A stretch of DNA of 64,000 nt from positions 15,934,001 to 15,998,000 of the forward strand of contig NC_091479.1 in the NCBI RefSeq assembly GCF_036971445.1. Reading direction: 5' to 3'. This document shows, one piece after another, positions 1 to 13,102 of this stretch (its first letter is position 1; every line of letters begins with the position of its first letter). Under the pieces are notes generated by a model, which worked only from the letters and a program-made list of their open reading frames with translations, was not told the DNA's origin and ran no database searches. Position numbers and translations under genes: made by a program. Origin of the DNA: Narcine bancroftii. Taxonomy: Eukaryota.

Positions 1-329
1 TTGGCCCCACCCGCACCAGGTAGATGTGCCAGACCACAGTCTGGAGTCCTTCCATTACCCGGCATTGAGGGGTTGAGACAGATGGGCAGCCCCACAAACA
101 AGAGAGGGGGGGAATATCGACAAGGTGTCACAGTGGTGGAGATGCTGGGAACAGAACATGGGACCGCTGTAGTGATGGAAATGTACATGTGTGACATTAA
201 GATTGACTTTGAACGGTTTTCTTCCATTTTGTAACTAATTTATTGTGAATAAAGTCTATTTTTGGTCTTGAAAATTCTGCAATTGGCCCATTTCAAATTG
301 TTTTGGAGCATCATAACATGTGTGAACAT

Positions 330-635
330 CAGGAGAGAGGTGTCAGTGCCACAAGACTCGCATCACCAGGTTCAGGAACAACTGCTCCCCCTCCACCGTC
401 AGGCAAACTCAATCAGGGACGCATCTACTTGTGCACTTTATTGATTTTTTTTAAAATTCTCTCTGTATTGCACAATTTATTTCCAATTCGTTATCGGTAC
501 ACAGATTTTTAAAATTTGTGCAATTTTTTAATATCACTCAAACAATAAGTGGTAATTCTGCCTGGCCCGCAGGAAAAAGAATTTCAGGGTTGTATGCGAT
601 ATCATGAATGCATTCCGACCATAAATCTGAAATCT
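330..635 (+). mobile_element. Rex1/Babar-like non-LTR 3' end (representative of more than 12 copies)
   Basis: Recurrent 3' sequence ending in AATAAATCTGAA-type microrepeats; longer copies encode GCITVW..KALQKVV-like RT C-terminal remnants. Other copies near 2550-2850(-), 5740-6060, 8390-8850, 22540-23010(-), 31710-32020, 33150-34060(-), 35760-35950, 36190-36500(-), 44330-44795, 53080-53771, 59394-60020(-), 60360-60650(-). Confidence 0.65.
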
Positions 636-923
636 GAGACCATAAGATATAGGAGTGGAAATAGGCCGTTCATCCTGTCGAATCTGCCTCTGTCGTTCCA
701 CGAGCTGATCTATTCTTCCACTCACCCCGACTCCCCTGACTATTCAGATAGCTATCAATCTCCGCCTTCAGGAAACCCAATGGCCTGGCCTCCAACAGCT
801 GCCTGTGGTAGCAAAATTCCAGAGGTTCACCACCCTCTGGCTAAAGAATTCCTACACATCTCTGCTTTAAATGGGTGTCCTTCAGTCCGAGGGGAGACGG
901 TGACAGTGGGAGAAACCCCACGA

Positions 924-1042
924 CAGTGGTTCCCAACCTTTTTCTTTCCACTCGCATCCCACTTTAAGTAATCCCTACGCCAACAGTGTTCTGGAATTAG
1001 GAAGGGATTGCTTAAGGTGGTGAAAATGGTTGAGAACCCCTG
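924..1042. mobile_element. hAT/Charlie-type hairpin MITE
   Basis: Termini CAGTGGTTCCCAACCTTTT..AAAATGGTTGAGAACCCCTG; 8-bp TSD ccccacga/ccccaaga (7/8 match). Confidence 0.75.
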
Positions 1043-1195
1043 CCCCAAGATGTCCTGAACCATTATCATTTGGAAGCCACTCTGGAAAGAACAATGTGGA
1101 CCAGTGAGGTGATAGATCTCCCCACACGCTCGGGTCTGAGATCATTTATCCTCCAAGGTAGCGCAGGCCTCGAGTGGCCGAGGAGCAGGACTGAC

Positions 1196-1492
1196 CTGTA
1201 ATGGTGGCCGATGCAAGGGTCTCCTCGTTCAACAGATCGTTCCTCACCAAGCAACTGTAGGTGCTGTTCGGCTCCAGGACCACTCGGATCAGGCTGTGCA
1301 CGTCGAAGAGGCCATCCTCGTTGGCCACCTGCGACGTCGTGACATTCTCGGCCACGTCAGTCCCCTTCCCATCGAGCCAGCGGACCGTCGCCTGCGGGTA
1401 GCCTCCCGAAGAGTGGCAGGCGATGGCCACCTTGTCACCAGGCTTCAGATCCTTGTGGGGCTCTAGGTGCAGGTTGGGCCTGGAGTAAGAGG
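1196..1492 (-). CDS. CD276: CD276 (B7-H3) IgC-domain exon, 297 nt, phase 1-1
   Basis: Translation (A)SYSRPNLHLEPHKDLKPGDKVAIACHSSGGYPQATVRWLDGKG..NVTTSQVANEDGLFDVHSLIRVVLEPNSTYSCLVRN..ATIT(G) closely matches vertebrate B7-H3 IgC. Acceptor attttcAG at 1494-1493, donor GTcag at 1195-1194; length divisible by 3. Confidence 0.95.
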
Positions 1493-1646
1493 CTGAAAAT
1501 AGATGAGATGGGAGAATCAGCGGTGTAACCGCAGGGTCAACCAAGGAGCCATGAAAGGTAGCAGAAAGAGGTGATAAATCAGCATGCAGAAGGAAGAATG
1601 AAAAATTGGCTGAAGGATGCATCAGTCTCGCACTCAGTCACTAACA

Positions 1647-1777
1647 CAGTGATTCTCAACCATTTTCTTTCCACTCACATCCCACTTTAAGTAATCCCTA
1701 TGCCACAGGTGCTCTGTGATTATTAAGGGATTGCTAAAGGTGGGATGTGGGTGGGAAGGGAAGGTTGAGAACAATTG
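1647..1777. mobile_element. Second copy of the same hairpin MITE
   Basis: Similar to 924-1042 throughout; internally palindromic. Confidence 0.7.
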
Positions 1778-3091
1778 CTCTAGACCCAATTGATACTGAA
1801 ATATTTTGCTTGAGAAAAATTGTCGTTGACCCATTCCCTTTGGAGTTCTGAAACCCTGCACATAACGAGTCAATGAGGGATAATTAAAACAATGGTTTTC
1901 AATTTTTTTTTTGCGCTGACCCCCACGCCAACTGTGCCTCCCACAATCCATTATTAATCCTTTCTTTTTCCTCTGTGCAGTCCCACTAGCTCTCCCCCCA
2001 CTCCCCCCCCCCTCCACCCTGCCCCCCACCAACCCTCACACTCATCTACATTAGGGGCGGTTTACCACAGCTGATTAACCTAGCAGCGTGTACATCTTCG
2101 GGCTGCGGCAGGAGCCCCCGGAGGAGGACCCGCACCAGCGGGTCCAGGGAGAATGCGCCAACTCCACCCGGAGAGCGCCCAAGGTCGGGATAGAACGGCC
2201 TCAATCTCCACAAGCTGCAGCACCGTGCTGCTCCTCGTCCAAGAGACGTTCCAGCCATGCCAATGTCCCTACCCAGGGTCTTTCAAAGCCTTAATTGCCA
2301 ATAATAATGTTTGGCACAAACTAGATGGGCTGAAGGGACTATTTCTGTGCTGTGGTGTATTGAGATTCTAATCGATAGACTCTGGCTCAGAGAACTCAGA
2401 CATGATCCTTTTATCCTCCTTTCATATTTGCTGGTTGTGGAGATAAAAGGTAATTTTCCAGATCTACATGAAACAGATTACATGAAACATGCAAACAAAT
2501 TTAAGTGCAATTAATACACAATAGAGAAAAACATGATAATAAAGTCAATGGTCAGATTTATTGTCAGAGTACGTACACAACTTCACTTACAACCCTGAGA
2601 TTCTTTTTCCTGGGGGCGAGGCAGAATTACCACTTATCGGCAGCTCAAAAAAAATAACTGCACATGTAAACAAATAAAGGAATGTAAACAACTGGCTGTG
2701 CAATAGAGAGATTTTTTTAAAATCAATGAAGCACAAGAGTCCTTAAAATGAGTCCCTGAATGAGTTTGTCGTTGAGGAGTCTGATGGTGGAGGGGGAGCA
2801 GCTGTTCCTGAACCTGGTGGGGCGCGTCTTGCGACCCCCGTACCTTTCCTGATAAACGTAATATAGAAGGAAGGAAAATAAATAAGTATTTTCAATGGCT
2901 CAGCCAGTGCAACGTTGACAGAGCTGGGGCTCTGTCTGTACTTTCTCCCCTTGCCTGTCTGGGTTTTCTCCGGTTTCCTCCCACCCTTTGGGGGTGCAGG
3001 TTAATTGGGCGGCAAAGGCTCAGGGCCGAAATGGCCCGTCACCATGCTGCATGTCTAAATAAAGCCGGCCTGACTTGAACAAGAGGGTTAC

Positions 3092-3442
3092 CTGCGAGTT
3101 GGAGCATGATGGGAGCGCTGTTGTGGTCTTTCGTTCTCACAAAGCAGGTGAAGCTGCCCTCGTCCTCGATCTTCACCTGCCGCAGGAGCAAGGAGGCATT
3201 TCCCTTTCCCAGCTCATCCAGGAAGAGCGCTGTCCTGTTGACGAAGCTGTCCACCTGGTCACTTTGCAGGTCCTGCTGGTGGGTATAGGTGTGCACCACG
3301 GAGCGCGTCTCGGTGAGATGCCAGATGACGCTGAGGTCGGCCAGGGAAAAATTACCCTCTGCGGTGAAGGAGCAGTTCAGAGTGACGTCCTTCCCAAACC
3401 TGGCAATCACGGGAACCTCTGGAACCTGGATCTCCAACACTC
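3092..3442 (-). CDS. CD276: CD276 (B7-H3) IgV-domain exon, 351 nt, phase 1-1
   Basis: VLEIQVPEVPVIARFGKDVTLNCSF..LSVIWH..NRTALF..GNASLLL..EDEGSFTCFV..LQLA shows the V-set C-W-C framework and B7-H3 motifs. Acceptor tttcttgcAG (3444-3443), donor GTaac (3091-3090); splices in frame to the IgC exon. Confidence 0.95.
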
Positions 3443-3664
3443 CTGCAAGAAATCAAAGTGTGTACACCTGTGAGACAAGCGCCTTTAAATAGATTCAGTC
3501 TTCTCTGCTGGGTGGGGTGGTGGCGATTGAGGCTGGTGCAATAGGGACATTTTAAACACTCTTAGACTGCCACGTGGATGGAAATGGAAGCAGAAGAGGG
3601 TTATGAGTGCGTGGTAGGGAAGGATTAGATTGATGTGGAGGAGGGTTACATGGATCAGCACAAC

Positions 3665-4085
3665 GTGTTGGAGGAACTCAGCCGGTCTTGCAGTGTCCAT
3701 GGGCTGCCAGACTGAAACCACTGGCAAACACCTCATCTTCCATCTGGGCACCCTCCAACCAGACTGCATGAACATTAACTTCTCCGGTTCCCATTAAACG
3801 CGGCTCCCTTCTTCTCCTCCCCACCTCCCCTCCCACCTTCCCGGTCGCCTTACTGTGCATCTATCTCTTCCCGGTTCCACAGAGCCAAAAATTAATTCAC
3901 GCCTCTCCCTCTTCTTATCTCCAATTAACAGCTTTAGTTGGTCTGGAGCCCTCCCCCTGCCATTTCAGTCTTTATCCTGATGCCTTCCTGTTCTTTGAAG
4001 AAAGGCTCAGGCCTGAAACGTTACCTCCTCTGGACGCCACAAGACCAGCCGATTCCTCCTGCAATTTTACTGGGTGTTTTTACAT
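3665..4085 (+). mobile_element. Penelope-like element end with inverted terminal segment
   Basis: Contains HLIFHLG (GIY-YIG C-terminal remnant) and the hammerhead-like core at 3995-4022. The start (GGAGGAACTCAGCCGGTCTTG) is an inverted copy of the end (CAAGACCAGCCGATTCCTCC). Confidence 0.6.
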
Positions 4086-4124
4086 CAACCGTGGAAATAG
4101 CAGAGATTGGATTTCTTTTTAAAA

Positions 4125-4358
4125 TTTAGATATGGAGCACGTCAACAGGCCAATTCGACCCCCACGAGTCCGTGCCGCCCAATTTACGCCCCATCAACCT
4201 ACTCCCCGGTACGTTTTGAACGGTGGGGGGGACCGAAGCACCCAGGGAAAACCCACGCAGACACGGGGAGAACGTACAAACACACGGCGCGGGATTCGAA
4301 CCCCTGTCCTGATCGCTGTAAAGGTGTTGAACTAACCACTACGCCAACCGTGCTGCCC
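4125..4358 (-). mobile_element. tRNA-derived V-SINE-type element (representative)
   Basis: A-box TGGCGTAGTGG and B-box GGTTCGAATCC, then TTTGTACGTTCTCCCCGTGTCTGCGTGGGTTT. Other copies near 2045-2230(-), 14400-14640, 21190-21360(-), 23990-24205, 29045-29270, 30745-30975(-), 31120-31315, 40700-40850(-), 57530-57760. Confidence 0.7.
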
Positions 4359-5004
4359 ATATAGATTTGCTTTCCTTTCTATAAATTTCAACAGCAAGAG
4401 AAGCCTTAAAATATATACATTTTTTTTAAATGGGAAAATACAAGGGTCTTTTTTCTTTTGGTAGCACAACTGCAAGGCGCGAGAACCAAGGCTGTTCTGA
4501 AAACTCATGGTAGATGTATTGCCTGCAGTTTACAGGTCGCAAGAATAGTCATAAACAGACTGTAGAATGGGAAGTTAAACCATATAAAAGGCTCGCCTGT
4601 CTGCGAATGGGCTTCCTTGCAGAAAGACACTATTCGTAGGCCTTCTCACGTAACAGAGCACCTGCATTAGTTGTCATACACTCCTGAATATTTGAACAAA
4701 GTTAACAACGACGACAGCAGACTTCACTCGGCACAACATTGTGGGCTGAAGGGCATGCACTGCACTGTTAACGTTCGATGCCCTCTCCCATCCAACTTTG
4801 CAAATCGGGTGGCAACATGTTCCTCCTGCTCAGTAATACAACCACTTTTCAGAGATTTCCATTTGCAGCAAGAGACCAAGCTGACCATTACGGGCATGAG
4901 AGCGTAGTGAAGAAAGTTCAGTTTGAGAGTAGTCCGCTGGCGGTCGACCCATTCGCAGCACAGTGGTGCGGAGGGGAGTGGGGAGCTGGAGAAAAGGAGG
5001 CGCG

Positions 5005-5281
5005 GGGAGGGAGGCGGTCCCTCATTCTATTCCACGGAGGAAAGGAGATGAGGGAGACATGGGGGGGGGGATGAAGTCCCTCAATCCATTCCACAGAAAA
5101 AAGGAGACGAGGGAGACATGGGGGGAGGGATGAGGTCCCTCAATCCATTCCATGGAGAAAAGGAGACGAGGGAGACATGGGGGAGGGATGAGGTCCCTCA
5201 ATCCATTCCACAGAGAGGAGACGAGGGAGACATGGGGAAGGGATGAGGTCCCTCAATCCATTCCATGGAGGAAAGGAGACC
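5005..5281. repeat. Minisatellite, about 58-61 bp unit, about 4.5 copies
   Basis: Repeated GAGGTCCCTCAATCCATTCCA..GGAGACGAGGGAGACATGGGG. Confidence 0.85.
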
Positions 5282-6091
5282 AGAGGGAGGTTTTAATGGA
5301 AATTTGGGAAGCTGATGTTTCTCCAGCATATTCAGTTATTGCACTTGACCCCAGCATCAGGAAATTTTCTTTCTTCAACTCCAAATGGAGAGATTTAGTA
5401 TCGATGATAAAAACACGCCAAAATGCTAGAGGAACTCACCCTTCCGTTGGACTCCTCCCATAGCCAGCACTGCCTCCATTTTGAGATTTCCTGTTCTTTG
5501 CTTATCCCTCGAGGGAGAGCTCAGGCCCGAAACGTCAGCGATATATCTATTTTCTATGGGCGCTGCAAGACCCACTGAGTGCCACCAGCGTTTTGGGGCA
5601 GTTTTTTTTTAAACTACAATCCCAGCACCCGCAGACATTCGGATTTCACTTAGTGGTGCTCAGTGGTCGGCAAAAAGGATGAAGTTCCTCATTATATCCC
5701 CCAATTATATCTCTCTGTCATATAGACTACGTCACCAAAGTCACTTGAAAATCTCTACAGGTGTACCGTGGAGAGCATTCTGATCGGTTGCCATCACTGT
5801 CTTGTACAGAGGTACAAGACAAGAAACAGTTGGAGAGAGGCAGGAACTCAGCCCACGTCATCATGGATACTAGCTTTCATCTACAAGAGACAGTGCCTCA
5901 AGAAAGCAGCCTCTATCCTCCAGGACCCTCGCCACCAAGGCCATGCCCTTTTCACTCTGCTGCCATCAGGAAGGAAGGTGAAGATGAAAAGAAAAACAGG
6001 CATCTCCCCCGCCCACTACCACCCCCGCCATCTGACACCTCACTTTTTCTTCTTTTGCACGAAATTTATTTATTTATATTTTTTAAAAATA

Positions 6092-6750
6092 CATTAAAAC
6101 TTCTGTTATCCGGAATCCAAGCAACTGGCTGCCTCAAGCGACCAGCAAAACAAAAATCGAAGAAAATAAATAAGAATGAAATAACAGGTTTAAAAAAAAA
6201 TCCTCGTTTAAAACGGTAAATGTTCTCTGCAGGAACACATGAACCTTTGGTGAAGATGGGAGCAGATATTCAGCCAGTGGAGTGCTTTGGTTGGGCTTTG
6301 CTCGTAGCAGCTGTTTGAATGACGTGGTGTCGCCCAGGATGAAGAGCTGGTTGATGCTGTTCGCCGTTGGGGTGACTCTCTTAAAGTGTCTCTTTATCCC
6401 TGCTGAGTAAGTCGCCCCGGTCAGAGGCTTTATCTGTAAACTTGGGGCGGGGGGGGTTAATTATCTATAATTTATTGTTTGTCTTTCAGGCGGCTCCGTG
6501 GAGGGGGAGGAACCTGCAGATGCAGCAGCGGTTAAATGTTTTCAATGAATGTGACTGAAAATAAAGTAAAATGCTTTAAGGTTTATATATTCATGTGAGT
6601 AAAGTTTGACAATTTTTGCCTTTTAAACTGTTTATTCTTAATGCAGGTGTATTAGTTAGAGATTGTAAAAGCAAGTCTCAGGCAAGGAAAAAGTACTCTT
6701 ATCCGGCATCTATCAATCCCCATAGGTGTCAGATACCAGGGGTTTTACTG
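6092..6750. mobile_element. Tc1/mariner (pogo/Tigger-type) non-autonomous element, about 650 bp
   Basis: TIR-like CA(G/T)TAAAAC..TTATCCGG and ..GGTTTTACTG with TA on both flanks; homologous copies in the opposite orientation at 42305-42938 and 56583-57233. Confidence 0.7.
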
Positions 6751-7799
6751 TAGATGGACAAAAGGTCAGCATGGATGCAATGGGCATATTTCTTTGCTGT
6801 AAAAAGATGGTTATGATTTGCCGTTAACGAGATCTGTTCCAGCCCGGGCGCAGAAATTCCCACTGAATTTAGTTGGACACAACTTCACAGCGACCAACAA
6901 CAGACAACACTATTCTACTGTGAACTCAACCTCACAGCGATAGGGGGTGAGCGCAAGAGGAAGACGATAATCTTCAGGATTTATGTCATCAAATAAATGA
7001 GCTTCCTTTCATCAGGAGCAAGACAGACTGAAAATATCATCGCCATTTGCAGGATTGGGTGGGGGGGTGGGGGAAGAACAATGCAAGTGAAAGGCCATGA
7101 GTTATCTTGGTCCGTTGAACAGGAGGGAAACGTTAACATGCATGGCTTGAGACAAGGTTGAATTATTCCCCGTGGAGTGGGGAGCGAGCGCTGAACTCAA
7201 AGAACACAGCTGGCAAAACATCTGCATTTGAGAGCATCAAGGATAAATGGCCTGTGCTGTTGGAATTCTCAGCTCAAAAGAGTTTCCTTCACTCAACAAT
7301 GTACATTACGGTTAAGGCTGAATAATGTGCCCTGTATTGTGGGAGTTATAACCACAATGGAACCACATCAGGAACCAAGTCTAATATTCATGCAAGTACA
7401 TCTTACATTGGTGTAAAAATAACAGATGCCTTTTGAAAATTCATACTTTCATTTTAAAATCTGATCACAATCGGTTTAATTTTCTTCTTAATTTATGGTA
7501 ACAGACGCTCCCAGTCCATGAGCCCGCGCTGCCCAAATGCAGGTGGTCCCCGGCATGCGTCCAGGTTCCATTCCGACTGACCGGTCCGATCTCGAAATGG
7601 ACACAGGTCGGGTGCACGTTACTCCAAACCAACGCACTATTGAAGTGGAGCCACGGTGCCTCGTCCGCGGCACCGGAAAGACCACCACCACCTGGCCTGT
7701 ACTCACCTCTCCCCACCGCCTTAGTGTCCCAAAAGTAGAGCGCATTCAGCGCAGCAGAGCCCTCCTGGCCTGTGGCTGCTGCCATGTCGGTCCATCAAA

Positions 7800-8165
7800 A
7801 AAACAGCCCCTGAATCCCTGGGACCTGATGTGTAATTTTTCAATTTACATGGGGCAAGTTTCATTAACAAGACACTGGAGTAGCTGGTGGAAGTACATCA
7901 GTTGTGGATGCCCTGGAACAACAAATCTCTCTCTGAAAACCGACAAGAACCTTCCTGAGCGGTCACCATTTAGCTTTCGAGGACCAAAGCCTGGTGAACT
8001 TTATAAATGTTAAATTCTGCGCACAGTCTAAGAATTGCCGGCAACCAGTGAACTTGGAGGAATGGGAAGTGAGATTGGACGGTGAACCAATGAACTTTTC
8101 TGAACTTGTACCCACATTACACACACGTGCGCTTAGTATTAGAAGGGGGTTAAGATGGGTCAAAA
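7800..8165 (+). mobile_element. Partial copy of the LTR family at 32028-33134
   Basis: Shares GGAACAACAAATC..GAAAACC..AAGAACCTTCCT..TTTATAAA..CAACCAGTGAACT..CACATTACACACACGTGC with 32650-32870. Confidence 0.7.
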
Positions 8166-9189
8166 GTCATTCCCTCGGTCTGGACCGAGAAGAGGACAGA
8201 GCGCTGTGTTATTGCGTGTAGGCACTGCGCGCGGTTGGCGTGGGAACCAAATGGAGACCACAACAGAAGTCGGTTGCATTGTTGGTTCAAGCAGCTCGAG
8301 AAATAAAGTTGTTAAAGCAAAAAAATAAAATCCTACCAGATCCAGACAGAGGGAGGAACAGCATGGATCAACAACCACAAGCTTGACAGCACCTGTACCT
8401 CATGAGGAGATTTGGTACGTCATCAAAAATGCTTGCATATTTCTACACGGGAAGCCTTCTGACTGGCTTTATCACTGTCTGGTCTGGAGGTGCCAATGCA
8501 CGGGACGGAGAGTGGTGAACTTGGCCAGTGCCATCATGGGCACCAGTCTCCACTCCATCAAGGACATCAACAAGAAAGCACCCTCTATCCTCAAGGACCC
8601 TCGCCAGCCAGACCACGTCCTCTTCACTCTGCTACCATTGGGAAGGAGGTATGGGAGCCTGAAGACGAGCACCCAGCGGCCCAAGGTCAGCCTCTCCCCC
8701 ACCGCCATCGGATTCCTGAATGGACACTACCTTACTTTCTCCTCTTTTGCCCTATTTGATTTATTTTTTTTAAGGCAATATTTTCAGCTGTGACGCTGCC
8801 GCAAAACAACAAATTTCGTGGTACGTCCACGACAATAAATTCCGATTCTGCCAGTTTGAGTGCATGGGATTTTTTTTTTTTTAAATGCCTGCAACTTCAA
8901 GAGACATCCAAATCGGCAAGCTACAAATTACTGGAGGAAATCAAGACTTCAACCCAAAGCGCCGACTGCCCATTTCCTTCCACAGGTGCGGCCCGGCCCG
9001 CCGAGTTTGCCCAGCGGTTCTCATTTTGCTCGATATTTCACCATTCGCTGTTTCTCTGTCCTGAACATGAAGCCAAGTGCACGACTGATGGGCAACTGGC
9101 GCCATCTCCTGGGCATGGTGGATCTCAACAGAGGAAACTACAGGGGGTGGAGGGGGGGGGGAAAGGAAAAAGAATCGGTGGCTTATTTC

Positions 9190-9795
9190 CTTCCTCACAC
9201 GGACGTCCGGGATCCAGTGCCAAAAGGGAGACCTTCTATGGGGGTGAATGTCCTCCCTTAACATTGAGATGTGATTATTAGGCCTCAAATTGGATAAAGT
9301 GCAAAAAAATTCATTATGATAGCCTTAGCGATCGCAAAAAAAATGTATAATGTCAACTTGGAAAATGGAAGAGAGCCTGAGAATACAGCAATGGTACATG
9401 GAAATGAATAAATGTATTCCATTGGAAAAAATAATATTATTTGAAAAAATAAAGTCACATTATTTGAACAAATTTGGGGAACATAACAGAGGGAGTTTGC
9501 CTACAACCTCCATCCCCCAAAATGAGAATGAAACTGATGAGAGGACAAAACGACTAGATTCAGTGTGTAATAAATAGTTGACGCTTTTTTCTTGTTATTT
9601 TCCTTTTGTGTGAAGATATTGTTTTATTGTATTGTATATGTTGAATATTTATGGGTTTTGGAGGGGGTGGGTAGAGGGGAAGGAGGGAAAGGTGGGAAAA
9701 AAAACAGGGAGAAAAGGCCACTGTGTAAATTTAATGAGAAACTTTTGTACATATTTTGGTTCATAGCGTGAAAAATACAAAATTTATTTAAAAAA
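9190..9795 (+). mobile_element. L1-type LINE 3' fragment
   Basis: Degenerate ORF2 C-terminus (FIMIALAIAKK..MSTWK..QQWYMEMNKCIPLEKI) followed by a G-rich 3' UTR and an A-rich end. Confidence 0.65.
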
Positions 9796-11447
9796 ACATT
9801 GAAAGGAGACCAAATGATAACCTTGAACTTGAAAAATAAATCAAGCCAGGCAATGTAATATGCATAATATCCTTTGGCTCTTGCCTGCCGTAAAGGCAAA
9901 CATAGAGATGGCGTTAGCAAATATGCAGAAACTGTCAGTTGGCCAGTGACATTACATTATTTAAACTGTTAATTTTTTTTTAAAGTCTTGCTTACTCAAA
10001 TACTTTTCAAAGTCGATCAAAGACGCTTTCAAAGCCTCACAGGCATTGGAGATGCCTCCTGTCAAGGAGTGAAACACGAAAGTCTGCAGGTGCCGAGATT
10101 GTAGTAAACGCTGGAGGGACTCAGCCGGTCATGCAGCGTCCAGAGGAGGTAAAGGTATGCGACCGACGTTTCGGGCCTGAGCCCTTCCTCGAGGTCTGAG
10201 CAAAGAGCAGGAAGGCATCTAAATTAAGGAGAGAAAGGGGGAAGAATGGGAGTGGAGGGGGAGGAGACCAGACCGGTAGCCAAAGGGTGTTAATTGGATA
10301 TGAGAAGAGGAAAGGTGAGAATTGATTTTGGCTCCGTGATAAGAGACAGAGGGAAAAGAAGAGAGAAGTCAAAGGATGTCAGGGTGTTCTGAGAGACATG
10401 CCCTTGAGGGCAGGTCAAGTTTAGTGTTCTAACAAGCGGCCACCCTACTCTGGTATAAGTTGGCCCAATGCACAACCCATCTGCCACAGGGGGGCGTACA
10501 GAGTCAGAGATACAGGACAGAAGCAGAGTCTTCAGCCTATTTAGTCGAGGCCCACGTTTAATCACTGCAGCCCAAGAGAAGGCCCTTCCAGCTGATAAAA
10601 CCCATGCTGCCCAAATAATCTACCAGCCCCGTACATTTTGGTGGAAACCCAAGCACGACTAGGGGAGAATGGACAACCTCCTTACAGACATGCCAGGTTC
10701 AAACCTGTTTAATCTCATCAATACTCCCAGCTTGTGCGATCCATCCATACATTAGGGGCAATGTACAGCAGCCAGTTAGTCTACCAACTCTCACACATCT
10801 TGAGGATGCGGGAGGTTGCCAGAGTATCGGTGGGGTGGCAAGAGATATCCACCCGGTCAGAGGGGAGAAAGTGGAACTTCACAAAGACAGAGCTGAAGGT
10901 CAGAATTGAACCCAAGAGACAGAGGCCGCAACACGACTGAAGTGTGCAGAGAATCCAGAATCCTATTAGATCGAAAATGCATCATATCATCGATATGACA
11001 GTATGCTTCCGATTATCGGAAATGCTTGGGACCTGACCTATCTCAGTTATCCGGATTTTTCAGATAATCGAGAAATCTCTTTATGTAGACCAGTAGCATC
11101 AGCAGGACCCTTGTATCCATTGGTAAACAGCAACAAGTTTTTTCAAGCAACTTGACACTCTGTTCTATAGACAGACATAAACGCTTCTCGCTGACATCAA
11201 CTCACTGCAGACCTTTTTTTGCCATTGCTGCTACATCTTCGAAGGGCACACGAGAGTCCCATTGATTCCGATGGTGCTAACCACGTGACATCTTTGGACA
11301 AGACACGAGAGGTTCCAATGGCGCCAGAGCCGCAATTGAGCAGTTGGGTGAAATCTTGCCCTTGCAGCTGTATCTTTGACCAGTACAACGAGAGCTCCGT
11401 TGATTTAAAATGGCGCTAACACCTGCCACTTGACCATGGTGGGTAAA

Positions 11448-11478
<31 letters not shown>

Positions 11479-11619
11479 TTTTTCTCAGACAGAAAAATTT
11501 GAGTATTTCGGTAAATCGGTTTCCAGATAATCAAAAAGTTCCATGTTACCTCTACTTTTCCCTACACATTCTAATTTCTCTTGTAATATTCTCAGCAAAG
11601 AGTTAATTTGATGGATAAC

Positions 11620-12930
11620 TAGAACCATAGAACTTTACAGTACAGAAAGCAGGTCTTTCGGCCCTTCTAATTTGTGCCAAACTATAATTCTGCCTAGTTT
11701 CTTTTATCTGCACCTTCCACAGCCCTCCATACCCCTCCCTTCCATGCACCTGTTCAAATTTTTCTTAAATGCTAAAATTGAGCCCTCATTCACCACACAG
11801 CCTGTTCCACACTCCCACCACTCTCTGTGTGAAGAGGTTCCCCCTAAACTTTTCCCCTTTTACCCTTCACCCATGTCTTCTGGTCTGACTCTCACCGAAC
11901 ATCAGTGCAAAAGACTACTCTATCTATTGCCCCCACAATTTTGCATGCCTCTATCAAATGTCCCCTCATTCTTCTACGCTCCAGGGAATAAAGTCCTAAC
12001 CTGTTTAACTTTTCCCTGTAACTCAATTCCTGAAGTCCAGGCAACATCCCCGAAAATCTTCTCTGCACTTATTCAATCTTATTGATACCTTTCCTGTAGT
12101 TCGACCAAAACTGCACACAATACTCCAAATTTGGCCTCACCAATGTCTCAAATAACTTTAACATAACATCCCAACTCCTGTACTCTGATTTATGAAGGCC
12201 AATATGCCAAAAGCTCTCTTTACAACCCTATCTACGTGTGATGCCAATTTCAGGGAATTATGTATATGTGTTCCCAAATCCCTCTGTTCTACTGCACTCT
12301 GTTCTACTACACTCCTCAGTGCCCAACCATTTACGTATGTCCTTTCTTGGTTTGTCCTTCCAAAATGCAACACTTGTTTACATTAAACTCCATCGGCCAT
12401 TTTCTAGCCCATTCTCCCAGTTGGTCCAGATCCCTCTGCAAGCTTTGAAAACCTTCCTCACTGTCTATAATGCCTCCAATCTTTATGTCACCTGCAAACT
12501 TGCTGATCCAATTTACGACATTATCATCCAGAGCATCGATATAGACAACAAGCAACAATGGTCCCAGCACCGATCCCTGAGGCAATCCACTAGCCGCAGG
12601 CCTCCAGTCTGAGAAACAATCATCCATCACCACTCTCTGGCTTCTCTCAAATGGCCAGTTTACTACCTCGTCATGAGCATCTGAACTTTCCTGACTCACC
12701 TCCCATGTGGAACCTTGTCAAAGTCCTTACCAAAGTCAACATAGACAACATCCAGAGTCTTTCCTTTGTCAACCTTCCTGGTAACCTCCTCAAAAAAAAA
12801 TCTATAAGATTGGTTAAACATGATCTGCCATGTACAAAGCCATGCTGACTATCCGTAATCAGTCCGTGGTTATCCAAATACTTGTAAATCCGATCTCTTG
12901 GAACACATTCCAATAATCTATCTACTACTG
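11620..12930 (-). mobile_element. CR1/HER1-type LINE 3' fragment
   Basis: RT motifs QHGFV..SCLTNL, SGLPQGSVLGPLL, ISKFAGD, KWPMEFNVNKC in broken frames. Confidence 0.9.
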
Positions 12931-13102
12931 ACGTATTATTATTCCAGCACTCACTACATATATTACAAATCTCCTTGACCTTTCTGTTCCACCTGCCAAC
13001 AAGTCTATCTCTACCCCGCTCATTCTATATTCAGTCAATAACCTATTAATATTATCTATCTGGAGCAAGGTAAGTGGTTGAACACAGAGCAGTGAGTAAC
13101 AG

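Noticed and set aside
1-1195. Second IgV-IgC pair (4Ig form) or TM exon of CD276
   Set aside because: Not present in this stretch; the gene continues beyond the window, so domain number cannot be determined.
4290-4358. tRNA genes at A-box/B-box sequences
   Set aside because: These are SINE heads followed by SINE body sequence, with no complete cloverleaf.
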